The position numbers were made by a program, and so were the translations under genes. A model generated the notes under the pieces. It saw only the letters and a list, made by a program, of their open reading frames with translations. It was not told the origin of the DNA and made no database searches. Positions 17,899-27,876 of a stretch of DNA of 64,000 nucleotides are shown here, in pieces. Position 1 is the first letter of the stretch, and each line of letters opens with the position of its first letter. Origin of the DNA: an uncultured Candidatus Saccharibacteria bacterium (lineage in GTDB: Bacteria; Patescibacteriota; Minisyncoccia; Phycocordibacterales; UBA12088); the NCBI GenBank assembly GCA_964411375.1, contig CAYPKR010000001.1, positions 238,807-302,806 on the forward strand. The letters run 5' to 3'.

Positions 17899-19401
17899 GT
17901 GGCAAAAAAAGCACCGACAAAAGCAGTACAGAGTGCACCGCGCGAAGCGGTTCTTCGTTTTGAAAAAGTTTCATTTGGATTTGGACACAATCATCCAATC
18001 TTGAATGAGGTAGATTTTTCAGTGCGCTGTGGAATGAAAATGACTTTGATGGGTCAAAACGGTGCGGGAAAGAGTACCATTTTTAAAATGATAACGAATG
18101 AAATTAGCCTCGATGAGGGAAGGATACAGCGACTACCGGGACTCACCATAGCGATTTCAAAACAAGTCATACCGGAAAAACTTCGCAGTGTGACAGTGCG
18201 CGAATTTTTTCAAGCAAGTTTTGCACAAAAAATATATGATATTGATCCAAAGATTGAAGCGGTTTTAGAAATCGTGAATCTCCATGCGCCCCTTGATCGC
18301 ACTATCAAATCTTTTTCTGGTGGTCAGCAAGCGCGACTCCTTCTCGCTTCTGCGCTCATTCAAAATCCGGATATTCTACTTCTCGACGAGCCAACGAATA
18401 ATCTCGACCGTGCCGGTATTGAACACCTTACTGATTTCTTGAAGTCGTATGAAAAAACCTGTCTGGTGATTTCGCATGATGCCGATTTTCTCAATTCATT
18501 TACGGACGGCGTTCTCTATCTCGACGTGTATACTAAAAAAGTCGAGCAGTATGTCGGCAATTATTTTGACTTGCTCGAAGCTATTTCGGCGCGTATTGAG
18601 GCAGAAAATCGCAAAAATGCCCAGCTCGCCAAGAAAATTCAAGATGACAAAGATAAGATGAACTTCTTCGCGCAGAAAGGAGGCAAGATGCGACTTGTTG
18701 CAAAAAAGATGCGCGCCGAAATCGAAGAGCTTGAAGAAGAAAAGGTGGATGTTCGCCGTGAGGACAAAACTATCCGCCCGTTTCATATTCCGTGCCAAGC
18801 GGGACTCTCAGGTGAAATACTCCGCATCACTTCCTTCACGACAATCGATCCAAAAACGCATAAACCAAAAAAACATTCAGCGAATCTGTCACTAAAGAAG
18901 CGGCAACATCTATTACTTAAAGGTCCGAATGGTATTGGGAAGTCAACCCTTCTTGAAGCTCTCGCAAGCGGTAATGCAGAGGGTGCTACGATTACGAATG
19001 GCATTAAGGTCGGCTACTATCGACAAGATTTTTCGACGCTTGATTTCAATCAGACAGTGTATGAATCCTTGATGGGTGCCATGGACCGAGCGATTGAACA
19101 GAAGTTTCGATCTGTTGCTGCAGGATTTCTTTTGACAGCTGAATTTATGGAAAAGAAAATTGGTACGCTCTCAGAAGGGCAGAAAGGTTTGGTCGCATTC
19201 GCACGTTTGGTACTGCAAGAGCCGGGACTTCTCATTCTTGATGAACCAACCAATCACATCAACTTTCGTCATATACCTGAGATTGCAAAGGCACTTGATT
19301 CATATGAAGGAGCAATGATTTTGGTTTCTCACGTTCCTGAATTTGTCGCACAAATTCGGATTGATGACATCCTCGACCTCGGCAAAAAGAGCGGACACTA
19401 G
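17899..19401 (+). CDS. ABC-F family ATPase with two tandem ABC domains and no TMD; translation-factor or antibiotic-resistance type (GTG start)
   Basis: 500 aa; two Walker A (GQNGAGKST; GPNGIGKST), two signature motifs (FSGGQQ; LSEGQKG), charged inter-domain linker. Confidence 0.8.
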   Translation: MAKKAPTKAVQSAPREAVLRFEKVSFGFGHNHPILNEVDFSVRCGMKMTLMGQNGAGKSTIFKMITNEISLDEGRIQRLPGLTIAISKQVIPEKLRSVTVREFFQASFAQKIYDIDPKIEAVLEIVNLHAPLDRTIKSFSGGQQARLLLASALIQNPDILLLDEPTNNLDRAGIEHLTDFLKSYEKTCLVISHDADFLNSFTDGVLYLDVYTKKVEQYVGNYFDLLEAISARIEAENRKNAQLAKKIQDDKDKMNFFAQKGGKMRLVAKKMRAEIEELEEEKVDVRREDKTIRPFHIPCQAGLSGEILRITSFTTIDPKTHKPKKHSANLSLKKRQHLLLKGPNGIGKSTLLEALASGNAEGATITNGIKVGYYRQDFSTLDFNQTVYESLMGAMDRAIEQKFRSVAAGFLLTAEFMEKKIGTLSEGQKGLVAFARLVLQEPGLLILDEPTNHINFRHIPEIAKALDSYEGAMILVSHVPEFVAQIRIDDILDLGKKSGH

Positions 19402-19455
19402 GGTGTACGCTCAGATATTTACTTCATATACCCATCAGATAAATTTTGGTATGCT

Positions 19456-21219
19456 GTGTCTCTAATGTCGAAAAAATCGCAAAAAAGCAATGCTACAAGC
19501 GTTGCCGCAAATCCGCCGGCAAGCTTATTTGGCGTACTTGTTCCGTATCGTGGGCTTATTTTGCTACTCATTGTCTTTACGATTGTAAGCAATGCGCTGG
19601 GTCTCTGGGTTCCAAAAATCATCGCAAGTTCTATCGATTCCTATGGAAGCGCTGGATTTAATCTCACCAATCTCATTATTGAATTCAGTATCGTCGCCAT
19701 TTTCATTTTTCTCTTCACGTATCTTCAAAATATCGTGCAGGTATACGCGTCTGAAAAAGTAGCACGCGATTTGCGCCGAGAGCTTTCGGTCAAGATTTCC
19801 CTCCAGTCACATGCATATGTGGAACAAATTACGCCAGCAAAACTCCTGACCAATCTAACGTCCGATATTGATTCGATTAAAACCTTTGTATCGATGGCGA
19901 TCGCATCGATTATTTCGTCGATTTTTCTCATTATCGGTTCGGCAATCCTGCTCCTTCTCATCAACTGGAAATTAGGGCTCGCCATTTTGACCGTGATCCC
20001 GATAATTGGTGGAACATTTTATTTCGTCCTCGGTCGAGTGAGAGAACTCTTCAAAAAAGCGCAAGAAACAATTGACTGGCTGAATAAGATTATTAACGAA
20101 AGCATTCTCGGTGCTGCGCTCATTCGTCTGCTTAATTCCGAAGCGTTTGAGTATCAAAAATTTGTGAAAGCGAGTTCGCAATCTAAAGATATCGGCATGC
20201 AAATCCTATCTTTGTTTGCATCTCTCATCCCAGTTATTACGTTCTGCACCAATCTTGCTACCTTAATCATTCTCACACTTGGCGGGTCGTTTGTAATCGG
20301 CGGTTCAATGTCGCTTGGAGATTTTACGGCATTCAATAGTTATCTCGCGATTCTCATTTTTCCAGTTCTCATCATTGGTTTCATGAGTAGTGTAATCGCA
20401 CAGGCACAGGCGTCATATGGACGCATCAAAGATGTGCTCGGAGCCCCAGAAGTCGAAAAAGTTGGCGGTGTCGAAAAAACAATCAAAGGGGATATTGTTG
20501 TTTCAGATGTTTCGGTGCAATTCGGTGAAAAATATGCATTGAAAGATGTCTCACTTCGAATCGATGCAGGAAAGCGAACTGCAATCATCGGTCCAACGGC
20601 CGCTGGAAAGACACAACTTCTGTATTTGCTGACCGGACTTCTGAAGCCAACAAAGGGAGAAATCACTTATGACGGAACACTGATTCCGGATTACAACCAA
20701 GAAAATCTCCACAAACAAGTCGCGTTTGTCTTTCAAGATAGCGTCATGTTCAACCTCAGTGTTCGAGAAAATATCGCATTTAGTACATCAGTAACCGATG
20801 CGTCGCTCGAAAAAGCAATCCAAACAGCGGAACTCCATGATTTTATCGGCACTCTTCCTCAGGGACTTGATACGGTTGTGTCTGAGCGGGGATCAACACT
20901 ATCGGGCGGACAAAAACAGCGCATCATGCTTGCACGTGCCCTCGCGCTAAATCCATCAGTACTTTTGCTTGATGATTTCACTGCACGTGTCGATACTGAT
21001 ACGGAGCGAAGGATCCTCAAAAATCTTGCGACTAATTACCCACACCTAACATTGGTGTCGATTACTCAAAAGATTTCTTCGGTAGAACAGTACGATCAGA
21101 TCATTCTCTTGATGGAAGGGGAAGTGCTGGCAAGTGGAACGCACGAGACGCTTCTGAAGACGTCACCCGAATATGTCCAGATTTTTGAATCGCAGAGAAG
21201 TACAAGCGAGTACGAATAA
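19456..21219 (+). CDS. ABC exporter half-transporter (TMD+NBD), subunit 1 of a putative heterodimer
   Basis: 587 aa; 6 TM then an NBD carrying TGPTAAGKT and LSGGQKQR. Confidence 0.8.
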   Translation: MSLMSKKSQKSNATSVAANPPASLFGVLVPYRGLILLLIVFTIVSNALGLWVPKIIASSIDSYGSAGFNLTNLIIEFSIVAIFIFLFTYLQNIVQVYASEKVARDLRRELSVKISLQSHAYVEQITPAKLLTNLTSDIDSIKTFVSMAIASIISSIFLIIGSAILLLLINWKLGLAILTVIPIIGGTFYFVLGRVRELFKKAQETIDWLNKIINESILGAALIRLLNSEAFEYQKFVKASSQSKDIGMQILSLFASLIPVITFCTNLATLIILTLGGSFVIGGSMSLGDFTAFNSYLAILIFPVLIIGFMSSVIAQAQASYGRIKDVLGAPEVEKVGGVEKTIKGDIVVSDVSVQFGEKYALKDVSLRIDAGKRTAIIGPTAAGKTQLLYLLTGLLKPTKGEITYDGTLIPDYNQENLHKQVAFVFQDSVMFNLSVRENIAFSTSVTDASLEKAIQTAELHDFIGTLPQGLDTVVSERGSTLSGGQKQRIMLARALALNPSVLLLDDFTARVDTDTERRILKNLATNYPHLTLVSITQKISSVEQYDQIILLMEGEVLASGTHETLLKTSPEYVQIFESQRSTSEYE

Positions 21220-21228
21220 ATCACGCGT

Positions 21229-22995
21229 ATGAACTACAAATTAGCAACAGCAGACGACAAAAAAGAACAGGAAAAAGGCGTACTTGGTACTGCGTGGAGA
21301 CGGCTTATTCCGCTTATGCGAGGAGAAGGTCGTGCTATTTCAATTGCGATTGTTGCCATTTTGATCAATTCGATCGCAACACTGATCGCACCAACACTGA
21401 TCGCGCATGTTATCGACGTCTATATTGCGAATAAAAATTGGGACGGGGTTTCAAAATATTCGCTTATGCTCGCGGGAATATTTATCCTCGGTGCAATCGC
21501 AAATTATATCCAGATACGTTCGATGGGAGGAGTTGGTCGTCGCACGCTCTTTCGTCTCAGAAATTCAATCTTCACCAAGCTTGAAGAACTTCCGGTTGCA
21601 TTCTTCAATCAGAACAAAGCAGGAGATTTGATTTCTCGCATCAACAATGACACTGAAAAACTGAATCAATTTTTTGCACAGGCTTTGATGCAATTCATCG
21701 GATCGGGCGCGCAGATTTTGGGTGCGGGAATATTTTTGGTTATCTTAAATCCCCGACTTGGACTTGCGGCACTCGCTCCCGCACTTCTCGTCCTTATCGC
21801 TACCCAGTTCCTTTCTCCGTGGGTGAAGCGTACGAGTCTCCAGAGCCTTCGTGCGACCGGAGGCATGAGCGGCGAGATTTCAGAAAGTCTCACCAATTTC
21901 AAAGTGATCGTTGCGTTTAATCGACTCGATTATTTTAGAGAAAAATTCAAGGAAGCGAATGATACCAACTACCGCGCATCCATATCGGCGGGTATCGCAA
22001 GTAATATTTTTACACCGCTCTATACATTCGCGTCCGCTTTGGCGCAACTCATTGTACTTGTATACGGCATTTTTCTCATCCAGTCTGGGGACTTCACCAT
22101 CGGTCTCTTAATCGGCTTCCTTCTCTATGTGAATAGTTTCTACAGCCCGCTTCGTCAACTTGCGACAATCTGGTCATCGCTCCAGCTTGCGCTCGCGGGT
22201 CTTGATCGAATTTCTGAAGTGTTGGCTCTTCGCTCGAATATGACCGAAACGCCGCCCTCAACTGAAGTGGGACCAAATACTCTCCTTGCATTCAAAGGAG
22301 TTCGTTTTACGTATTCAGAAGGAAAAGAAGTACTGCATGGGGTCAATTTGGAGTTAGCGCGTGGCAAAACATACGCGCTCGTCGGTCCGACGGGCGGTGG
22401 AAAAACGACTACCGCATCACTCATGGCACGACTCTATGACCCAACCAACGGCACCGTTTTTCTGGACGGCAAAGATATTCGCGCATATTCGAATGACGAT
22501 CGCACACAGAAGATTGGTTTCATTTTGCAAGAGCCATTTCTCTTCAGTGGTACGGTTGGTGAAAATATTTTGTACGGCAACACTAAATACCAAAATGCAT
22601 CAAAAGAAGAAATTGAGGCCTTGCTCAAGAAAAATAATCTTGAAAAGCTCATGACTCGATTTCCTGAAGGAATCGAAACAAAGGTCGCTTCGAGCAATGA
22701 TGCAATTTCTCTCGGACAAAAACAGATCATTGCCTTCATGCGTGCAGTACTCCGTGAGCCAGAACTCCTCATTCTGGACGAAGCAACTGCAAACATCGAC
22801 ACGGTGACTGAACAATTGCTTCAAGAAATTCTTGATCAACTTCCCAAAGAGACTACGAGAGTGGTAATCGCGCATAGACTGAATACGATTGAAAATGCCG
22901 ATGAAATTTTCTTCGTCAATAATGGATCGATTACTCCTGCAGGAGATATGAAACATGCAGTTGAACTCCTGCTTCACGGAAAGCGAACAAGCTGA
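21229..22995 (+). CDS. ABC exporter half-transporter (TMD+NBD), subunit 2 (LmrCD/BmrCD-like pair)
   Basis: 588 aa; NBD carries GPTGGGKTT and a degenerate signature ISLGQKQ, consistent with an asymmetric heterodimer. Confidence 0.75.
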   Translation: MNYKLATADDKKEQEKGVLGTAWRRLIPLMRGEGRAISIAIVAILINSIATLIAPTLIAHVIDVYIANKNWDGVSKYSLMLAGIFILGAIANYIQIRSMGGVGRRTLFRLRNSIFTKLEELPVAFFNQNKAGDLISRINNDTEKLNQFFAQALMQFIGSGAQILGAGIFLVILNPRLGLAALAPALLVLIATQFLSPWVKRTSLQSLRATGGMSGEISESLTNFKVIVAFNRLDYFREKFKEANDTNYRASISAGIASNIFTPLYTFASALAQLIVLVYGIFLIQSGDFTIGLLIGFLLYVNSFYSPLRQLATIWSSLQLALAGLDRISEVLALRSNMTETPPSTEVGPNTLLAFKGVRFTYSEGKEVLHGVNLELARGKTYALVGPTGGGKTTTASLMARLYDPTNGTVFLDGKDIRAYSNDDRTQKIGFILQEPFLFSGTVGENILYGNTKYQNASKEEIEALLKKNNLEKLMTRFPEGIETKVASSNDAISLGQKQIIAFMRAVLREPELLILDEATANIDTVTEQLLQEILDQLPKETTRVVIAHRLNTIENADEIFFVNNGSITPAGDMKHAVELLLHGKRTS

Positions 22996-23045
22996 TAGGG
23001 TAGAGCTTGTTACATTTCTATCAGAACTAATATTTCGACTCTACA

Positions 23046-24254
23046 ATGCAGAAAAAAGTGCTTCCTATTCTTTTTGCCACGCTCCTTCTCGACATGATCG
23101 GGATTGGGATGGTATTTCCCATTATCCCGATCATTTTCACTGACCCTTCTTCGCCGTCGTTCCTTCTCCATGGATATTCACAATCGGCGCAGTTTTTGAT
23201 CGCCGGAATTATTACGGCACTCTTCGGACTCATGCAATTTATTGCCGCACCGATTCTCGGAGAAATGTCCGACGTCTACGGACGAAAAAGACTCCTGACG
23301 ATCGGCGTTGCAGTACTTGCCATTTCGCAACTTCTTTTCGGATTTGGTATTGAGATTGCTTCGATCACGCTTCTTTTCCTTAGCCGTGCTGTTGCGGGAC
23401 TTGCTGGCGCAAATTTCTCGATTGCACAAGCAAGTATTGCGGATGTTACGGAGCCAAAAGATCGTGCAAAAAACTTTGGACTCATCGGCGCCGCGTTCGG
23501 TCTCGGATTTATTCTTGGTCCCGTGCTTGGCGGATGGATTGCAACTGTATCGGGGAATGCCGCAGCGCCATTTTGGTTTGCGGGCGCGCTCGGTATCGTG
23601 AATGTCCTATTCATCTCTTTGTTTCTTCCAGAAACACATCACAATCGAAGTGTCATACAACATTTCCATTTCCTCAAAGGACTCCAGAATATCAAGGCGG
23701 CGTTTGACGATCATGATGCACGCCCGGTGTATCTCGCGAGTTTCCTCTACATGTCTGGGTTCGCGTTCTTCACTTCGTTTATCGGTGTTTTGCTTGTTTC
23801 AAAATATGGACTCTCGGGTGCCGCGGTCGGTACATTCTTCGGTATTGTCGGGGCGTGGGTAGTAGTGACACAGCTCGTAATCTTGCGTCTCGTCACCAAA
23901 AGTTATTCTGAAAAACAAGTACTTCGCGTTTCCTTGCTCGGTGTTGCGTTTGCGATTGCGCTCTATCCATTTATGCCAGCAACTGCATATATCTACGCGC
24001 TCATTCCGCTTCTTGCCATTCCTCAGGGTCTCTCAATGGCAAATATAAATGCGCTGGTGAGCAAAAGTGTGTCGAAAGAAAAACAAGGAGCCGCGCTCGG
24101 TATCAACGGTTCTCTTGTCGCACTCTCTCAAGGAATCATCCCGCTCATTGCTGGAGTCGGATCCGGTGTTATCGGCATTCAAGCGCCATTTATTGCTGGC
24201 GGCGTACTTGTCGCATTTTCGTGGGCAGTTCTCTACATCATTAGCCCGCGCTAA
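23046..24254 (+). CDS. MFS transporter, DHA1/Tet-like drug:H+ antiporter family
   Basis: 402 aa, 12 TM; motif A GEMSDVYGRKRLL. Confidence 0.75.
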   Translation: MQKKVLPILFATLLLDMIGIGMVFPIIPIIFTDPSSPSFLLHGYSQSAQFLIAGIITALFGLMQFIAAPILGEMSDVYGRKRLLTIGVAVLAISQLLFGFGIEIASITLLFLSRAVAGLAGANFSIAQASIADVTEPKDRAKNFGLIGAAFGLGFILGPVLGGWIATVSGNAAAPFWFAGALGIVNVLFISLFLPETHHNRSVIQHFHFLKGLQNIKAAFDDHDARPVYLASFLYMSGFAFFTSFIGVLLVSKYGLSGAAVGTFFGIVGAWVVVTQLVILRLVTKSYSEKQVLRVSLLGVAFAIALYPFMPATAYIYALIPLLAIPQGLSMANINALVSKSVSKEKQGAALGINGSLVALSQGIIPLIAGVGSGVIGIQAPFIAGGVLVAFSWAVLYIISPR

Positions 24255-24258
24255 GGGT

Positions 24259-24798
24259 TTAGGAGCTTTGCATCTGCTCGGTGGTTTCGTAGCGGGTGAT
24301 CAGCCATTTTCCATTTCTATTTTCGACAACGAACGAAACTGGATACGCTCCTGAAGATCCGCCATTCATTTCTTCGACGCTCGTTTTTTCGATCATGTTG
24401 CCGCGCACAATATACATCGTATCGGTACTTTTTGATGCAGAAAGTATATCAATATGATCTGGCCATGGACTTGAGGTGCGGCGACCGGGTGCGTTTGTTG
24501 GTGTCTTAGTCCACTCGGCAATCAGTTCAGGAGCTACATATTCGCTGTAGTAGGTTTGGATCGCATTCGTGATCGCCGTTGAGCTTGCTGTAAGCGGAAC
24601 CATTTTTACATTGGTACCAAATTTGGTGACGACGTCGCGTACTGCCTGCTCATTCAATATGTCGGGAGTAGTAGTTGCCGTATCCGTCACAGCGTGCTGA
24701 ATCTTTGCTCGCTGGTAATACATAAGCACTCCAACACTTGCGAAGAGTGCAACCAAAACGACAATAATAAGCACCGTCTTGTTTGAATCGTTATTCAT
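24259..24798 (-). CDS. Hypothetical membrane-anchored protein; ORF extends to 24888, likely start is MNNDSNKTV
   Basis: N-terminal TM then a soluble domain. Confidence 0.4.
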   Translation of the reverse strand: MNNDSNKTVLIIVVLVALFASVGVLMYYQRAKIQHAVTDTATTTPDILNEQAVRDVVTKFGTNVKMVPLTASSTAITNAIQTYYSEYVAPELIAEWTKTPTNAPGRRTSSPWPDHIDILSASKSTDTMYIVRGNMIEKTSVEEMNGGSSGAYPVSFVVENRNGKWLITRYETTEQMQSS

Positions 24799-24900
24799 AG
24801 TGAATAGACTATACCTATTTCGCATGAAAACAACCTGAAGTCTCGGGGCTTGCCTTACTCTCTGAAGAGAGTAGAGTGGCGCCAGCACAAGTTATGAGTA

Positions 24901-25452
24901 ATGAGGAGATCTTTGATGTTCTCGAAAGACGTATGTTTCAGGCTTTTTGTTGTACTCGGCATTGCGCTTGGAATATTTGCCACCTACGAGCGGAAAGTTG
25001 AGGATGACGACAAGATTCGATTTGGAGGAGAGGTTTCAGTTGCACAGGAAGTATCCAAGTTGGCATTTACACCTTGTGATGTCGTGTACCGAGAGAAACT
25101 TCTTCCTGCATTTAACCAAATCGACCCGAGACAATTTGGGTATGCAACCATTCCACATACTTGGAACGAGGGTCTCGCGGAAGTTACCAGAGAAAAAGGC
25201 GCTCCGATTCAAACAGCGGAATATTATCCGCAAGGTTCTGATAAATCAAACGCAGTAGCGGTGGTTGTTCGAAGAGAACGTCCTGATCAAAGTGCTGGGC
25301 GCACTGATGTACACGTGTTCGCCCTTCTTAATCCGCGGCTGTGCGGATATCTAGTTCTTCGTGATACTCGTTTCCGGGAATCTATCACTCCCGCAGTGTA
25401 TTTTGTCTACCAATACTGGTTGTATTCAGACGGTCGAACCGAAAAGATGTAG
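24901..25452 (+). CDS. Hypothetical membrane-anchored protein
   Basis: 183 aa ORF with N-terminal TM. Confidence 0.4.
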   Translation: MRRSLMFSKDVCFRLFVVLGIALGIFATYERKVEDDDKIRFGGEVSVAQEVSKLAFTPCDVVYREKLLPAFNQIDPRQFGYATIPHTWNEGLAEVTREKGAPIQTAEYYPQGSDKSNAVAVVVRRERPDQSAGRTDVHVFALLNPRLCGYLVLRDTRFRESITPAVYFVYQYWLYSDGRTEKM

Positions 25453-25633
25453 CATCAACCCCGGCCGCCTAAGCGGTCGGGGTTCCACTTTTTACAATCA
25501 TGCTATGCTTTTTATATGCAACGCGCGATTGTCTGGGCAATTATTTTCTTGTTTATCTTGATTGCGGGATGGAATACATTTCCTAAGCTTATTCCGCACG
25601 CTCCAGAAAACGCCTCGACTACTCCACGCTGAT

Positions 25634-26086
25634 TTATGCCGGCATGCACTTCAAACACTTGCAACCCATTGGTGCGATAATTTCATCAAAATATTCGGTA
25701 TCGTAATCGTAGTTAAGTTCTTCGCCTGCGCGGATATTTCGCTTCGCAATGATGAAAATACGTTCCTTCCAAATTTCCACCTCACAGTTTGGAATACAGG
25801 AGTGATTGATGTAGCGTGCACGATTGTAGCGGACGGCTCCGTCGATTGTTTTGTTTTTTGAAATTTCAAAAAAATATTTGCCGTGTCTTTGTTCAAGTCG
25901 CTCTTCAGGAACAATTGGACCGACATATTCAATGATGCAGGTTCCTTTCTTGATTGGGGAAGTGGCAAATAGCCCAAGGCCGGTACGCGATCTCTTGAGT
26001 TTTAAATCAAAAACCGAAGGAATAAATTTATCCTTTCTCGCTGCCTTTGGTTTTGTTCTTGATATAGTATTCTCTAATACATCCAT
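25634..26086 (-). CDS. SET-domain protein (putative protein-lysine N-methyltransferase)
   Basis: 150 aa; NHSCIPN and ELNYDY SET motifs; C-terminal CKCLKC post-SET-like cysteines. Confidence 0.75.
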   Translation of the reverse strand: MDVLENTISRTKPKAARKDKFIPSVFDLKLKRSRTGLGLFATSPIKKGTCIIEYVGPIVPEERLEQRHGKYFFEISKNKTIDGAVRYNRARYINHSCIPNCEVEIWKERIFIIAKRNIRAGEELNYDYDTEYFDEIIAPMGCKCLKCMPA

Positions 26087-26435
26087 GGAACGAAAATCCT
26101 ATCTTAAAAAGAAAGAAGGCGCAACTTTTAGCGAGAAAGTTTTGAAACTTGCACTTTCTATTCCAGAAGGAAGGGTCGCAACCTATGGGAATATTTCATA
26201 TGCGGCGGGCGGAGGAGCGATGGCCGCACAGAGTATTACCACCATTCTTGGCAAGGCATTCAATGCAGGGGAGAAGCGAATTCCATTTCACCGTATTGTA
26301 TACGCTGATGGAAGAGTCTGGCTGAATTCAAAGTATGATACTGAACGAAAGAAACGATACAAAAAAGAAGGAATTGAAATTGACGCGAAGGGACGGATCA
26401 AAAATTTTGAAAAAGTTCGAATTGAATTCAAATAA
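26085..26435 (+). CDS. Alkyltransferase-like (ATL) protein: MGMT/Ogt C-terminal DNA-binding domain with the active-site Cys replaced (PFHR instead of PCHR)
   Basis: 116 aa from MERKSYLKK; block TYGNISYAAGGGAMAAQSITTILGKA..IPFHRIV aligns to the Ogt C-domain. Confidence 0.65.
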   Translation: MERKSYLKKKEGATFSEKVLKLALSIPEGRVATYGNISYAAGGGAMAAQSITTILGKAFNAGEKRIPFHRIVYADGRVWLNSKYDTERKKRYKKEGIEIDAKGRIKNFEKVRIEFK

Positions 26436-26439
26436 AATA

Positions 26440-26925
26440 ATGCAGATTCCCCGAGGGCTCAAAATCGTCAAATCTTCAAAGCAAGGACTTGGGATTTTTA
26501 CTAAGAAATTGTTTCGACCGGACGAAACTATTTTTGAAGTGACCGGTCGATTTATTTCTGGAGATGCAGACGCTGATGTTGACCCCGAAACACAAGCAAA
26601 TGCATTCCGCTTCGATGAGGACGTGTATATCGATCCTGGGGAGAAGATCGGTAAGTATCTCAATCACTCATGCAATCCAAACGCGTATGTAACAAAAGTC
26701 AGGAAGAAATTATTTGTGAAAGCCGCCAGTCCGATTGTCGCCGACAAAGAAGTGGTAATTGATTATTCCACTATTCTTGCGTCTGATGATATTTGGACGC
26801 TTCGGTGTACGTGTGGAAGTAGGAAATGTCGGAAAAGTATCAAACGATTTGATACACTCCCTAAAAAATTACAAGCGTCGTACCGCGAGCGGGGAATAGT
26901 GCCGGAGTATATACTGAAGATATGA
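26440..26925 (+). CDS. Second SET-domain protein with post-SET Cys cluster
   Basis: 161 aa from MQIPRGLK; NHSCNPN, EVVIDY, CTCGSRKCRK. Confidence 0.75.
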   Translation: MQIPRGLKIVKSSKQGLGIFTKKLFRPDETIFEVTGRFISGDADADVDPETQANAFRFDEDVYIDPGEKIGKYLNHSCNPNAYVTKVRKKLFVKAASPIVADKEVVIDYSTILASDDIWTLRCTCGSRKCRKSIKRFDTLPKKLQASYRERGIVPEYILKI

Positions 26926-27305
26926 GAAAATTTCCAGAACCGTTTTCACCAACGAAGCGAATCGAAAGTTTTGCCAACGCTTTTCGCGGGATACGGTTAT
27001 TTTTTACGACCACGCATAGCGCATGGATTCAGGGAGTAATTTTCCTGACCGCAATTTTGGGCGGTTTGTACTTTTCCATTTCGAATATCGAATGGATGTT
27101 CCTTGTTCTTGCCGCAGGATTGGTGTTTGTCTCCGAGGCAATAAATACGGCAATTGAAATCGATATCAATCTTACGTCGCCCGAGTATCATCCGTACGCG
27201 CGTGACACCAAAGACGTGGCGGCAGGTGCGGTGCTTTTAAGTGCAATTGCTGCAGCGATAATCGGCGCATTTATTTTTCTGCCGCACCTCCTTCTGTTCG
27301 TATGA
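26922..27305 (+). CDS. dgkA: Diacylglycerol kinase / undecaprenol kinase (prokaryotic DAGK family)
   Basis: 127 aa; EAINTAIEIDIN..YHPYARDTKDVAAGAVLL matches the DgkA catalytic core. Confidence 0.8.
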   Translation: MRKFPEPFSPTKRIESFANAFRGIRLFFTTTHSAWIQGVIFLTAILGGLYFSISNIEWMFLVLAAGLVFVSEAINTAIEIDINLTSPEYHPYARDTKDVAAGAVLLSAIAAAIIGAFIFLPHLLLFV

Positions 27306-27868
27306 ACATCTTCTCCGTACATCGCACGCCAATTCTTATAATTCTTGGTTTGATTTTCGTTCAGGGTGGAGTACTTTTCTTTTTCGGTCAGCCTTCGATT
27401 TGCAGCTGTGGCTATGTGAAAATATGGGAAGGAGTCGTGCTTTCATCCGGAAATTCGCAACATCTCACCGACTTGTACACGTTCTCGCACATCATTCACG
27501 GCTTTCTCTTCTACATGATCTTGTGGTGGCTATTTCCTCGAATGTCATTTTGGCAGCGCTTGGCACTTGCGGCTCTGATTGAAGGAGCGTGGGAAATTGT
27601 AGAAAATACTCCATGGGTAATTGATCAGTACCGGAAGCAAGCCCTCGCACAAGGCTATGTGGGAGACAGTATTATTAATTCTATTTCTGATACTGTCGCG
27701 ATGTGTCTTGGTTTTATTGCCGCGCAAAAATTTCCAGTCTGGCTTACTGTCACCGTAGCACTGCTATTCGAAATCGGTGTTGGATATTATATCCATGACA
27801 ATCTCACGCTGAATGTTTTAAATCTTATCCATCCGTTTGATTTCATTCGTGACTGGCAGGCAAGGTGA
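27302..27868 (+). CDS. DUF2585 (UPF0314) family membrane protein
   Basis: 188 aa; GQPSICSCGYVKIW..SGNSQHLTDLYTFSHIIHGF pattern. Confidence 0.5.
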   Translation: MNIFSVHRTPILIILGLIFVQGGVLFFFGQPSICSCGYVKIWEGVVLSSGNSQHLTDLYTFSHIIHGFLFYMILWWLFPRMSFWQRLALAALIEGAWEIVENTPWVIDQYRKQALAQGYVGDSIINSISDTVAMCLGFIAAQKFPVWLTVTVALLFEIGVGYYIHDNLTLNVLNLIHPFDFIRDWQAR

Positions 27869-27876
27869 TATGTCGA

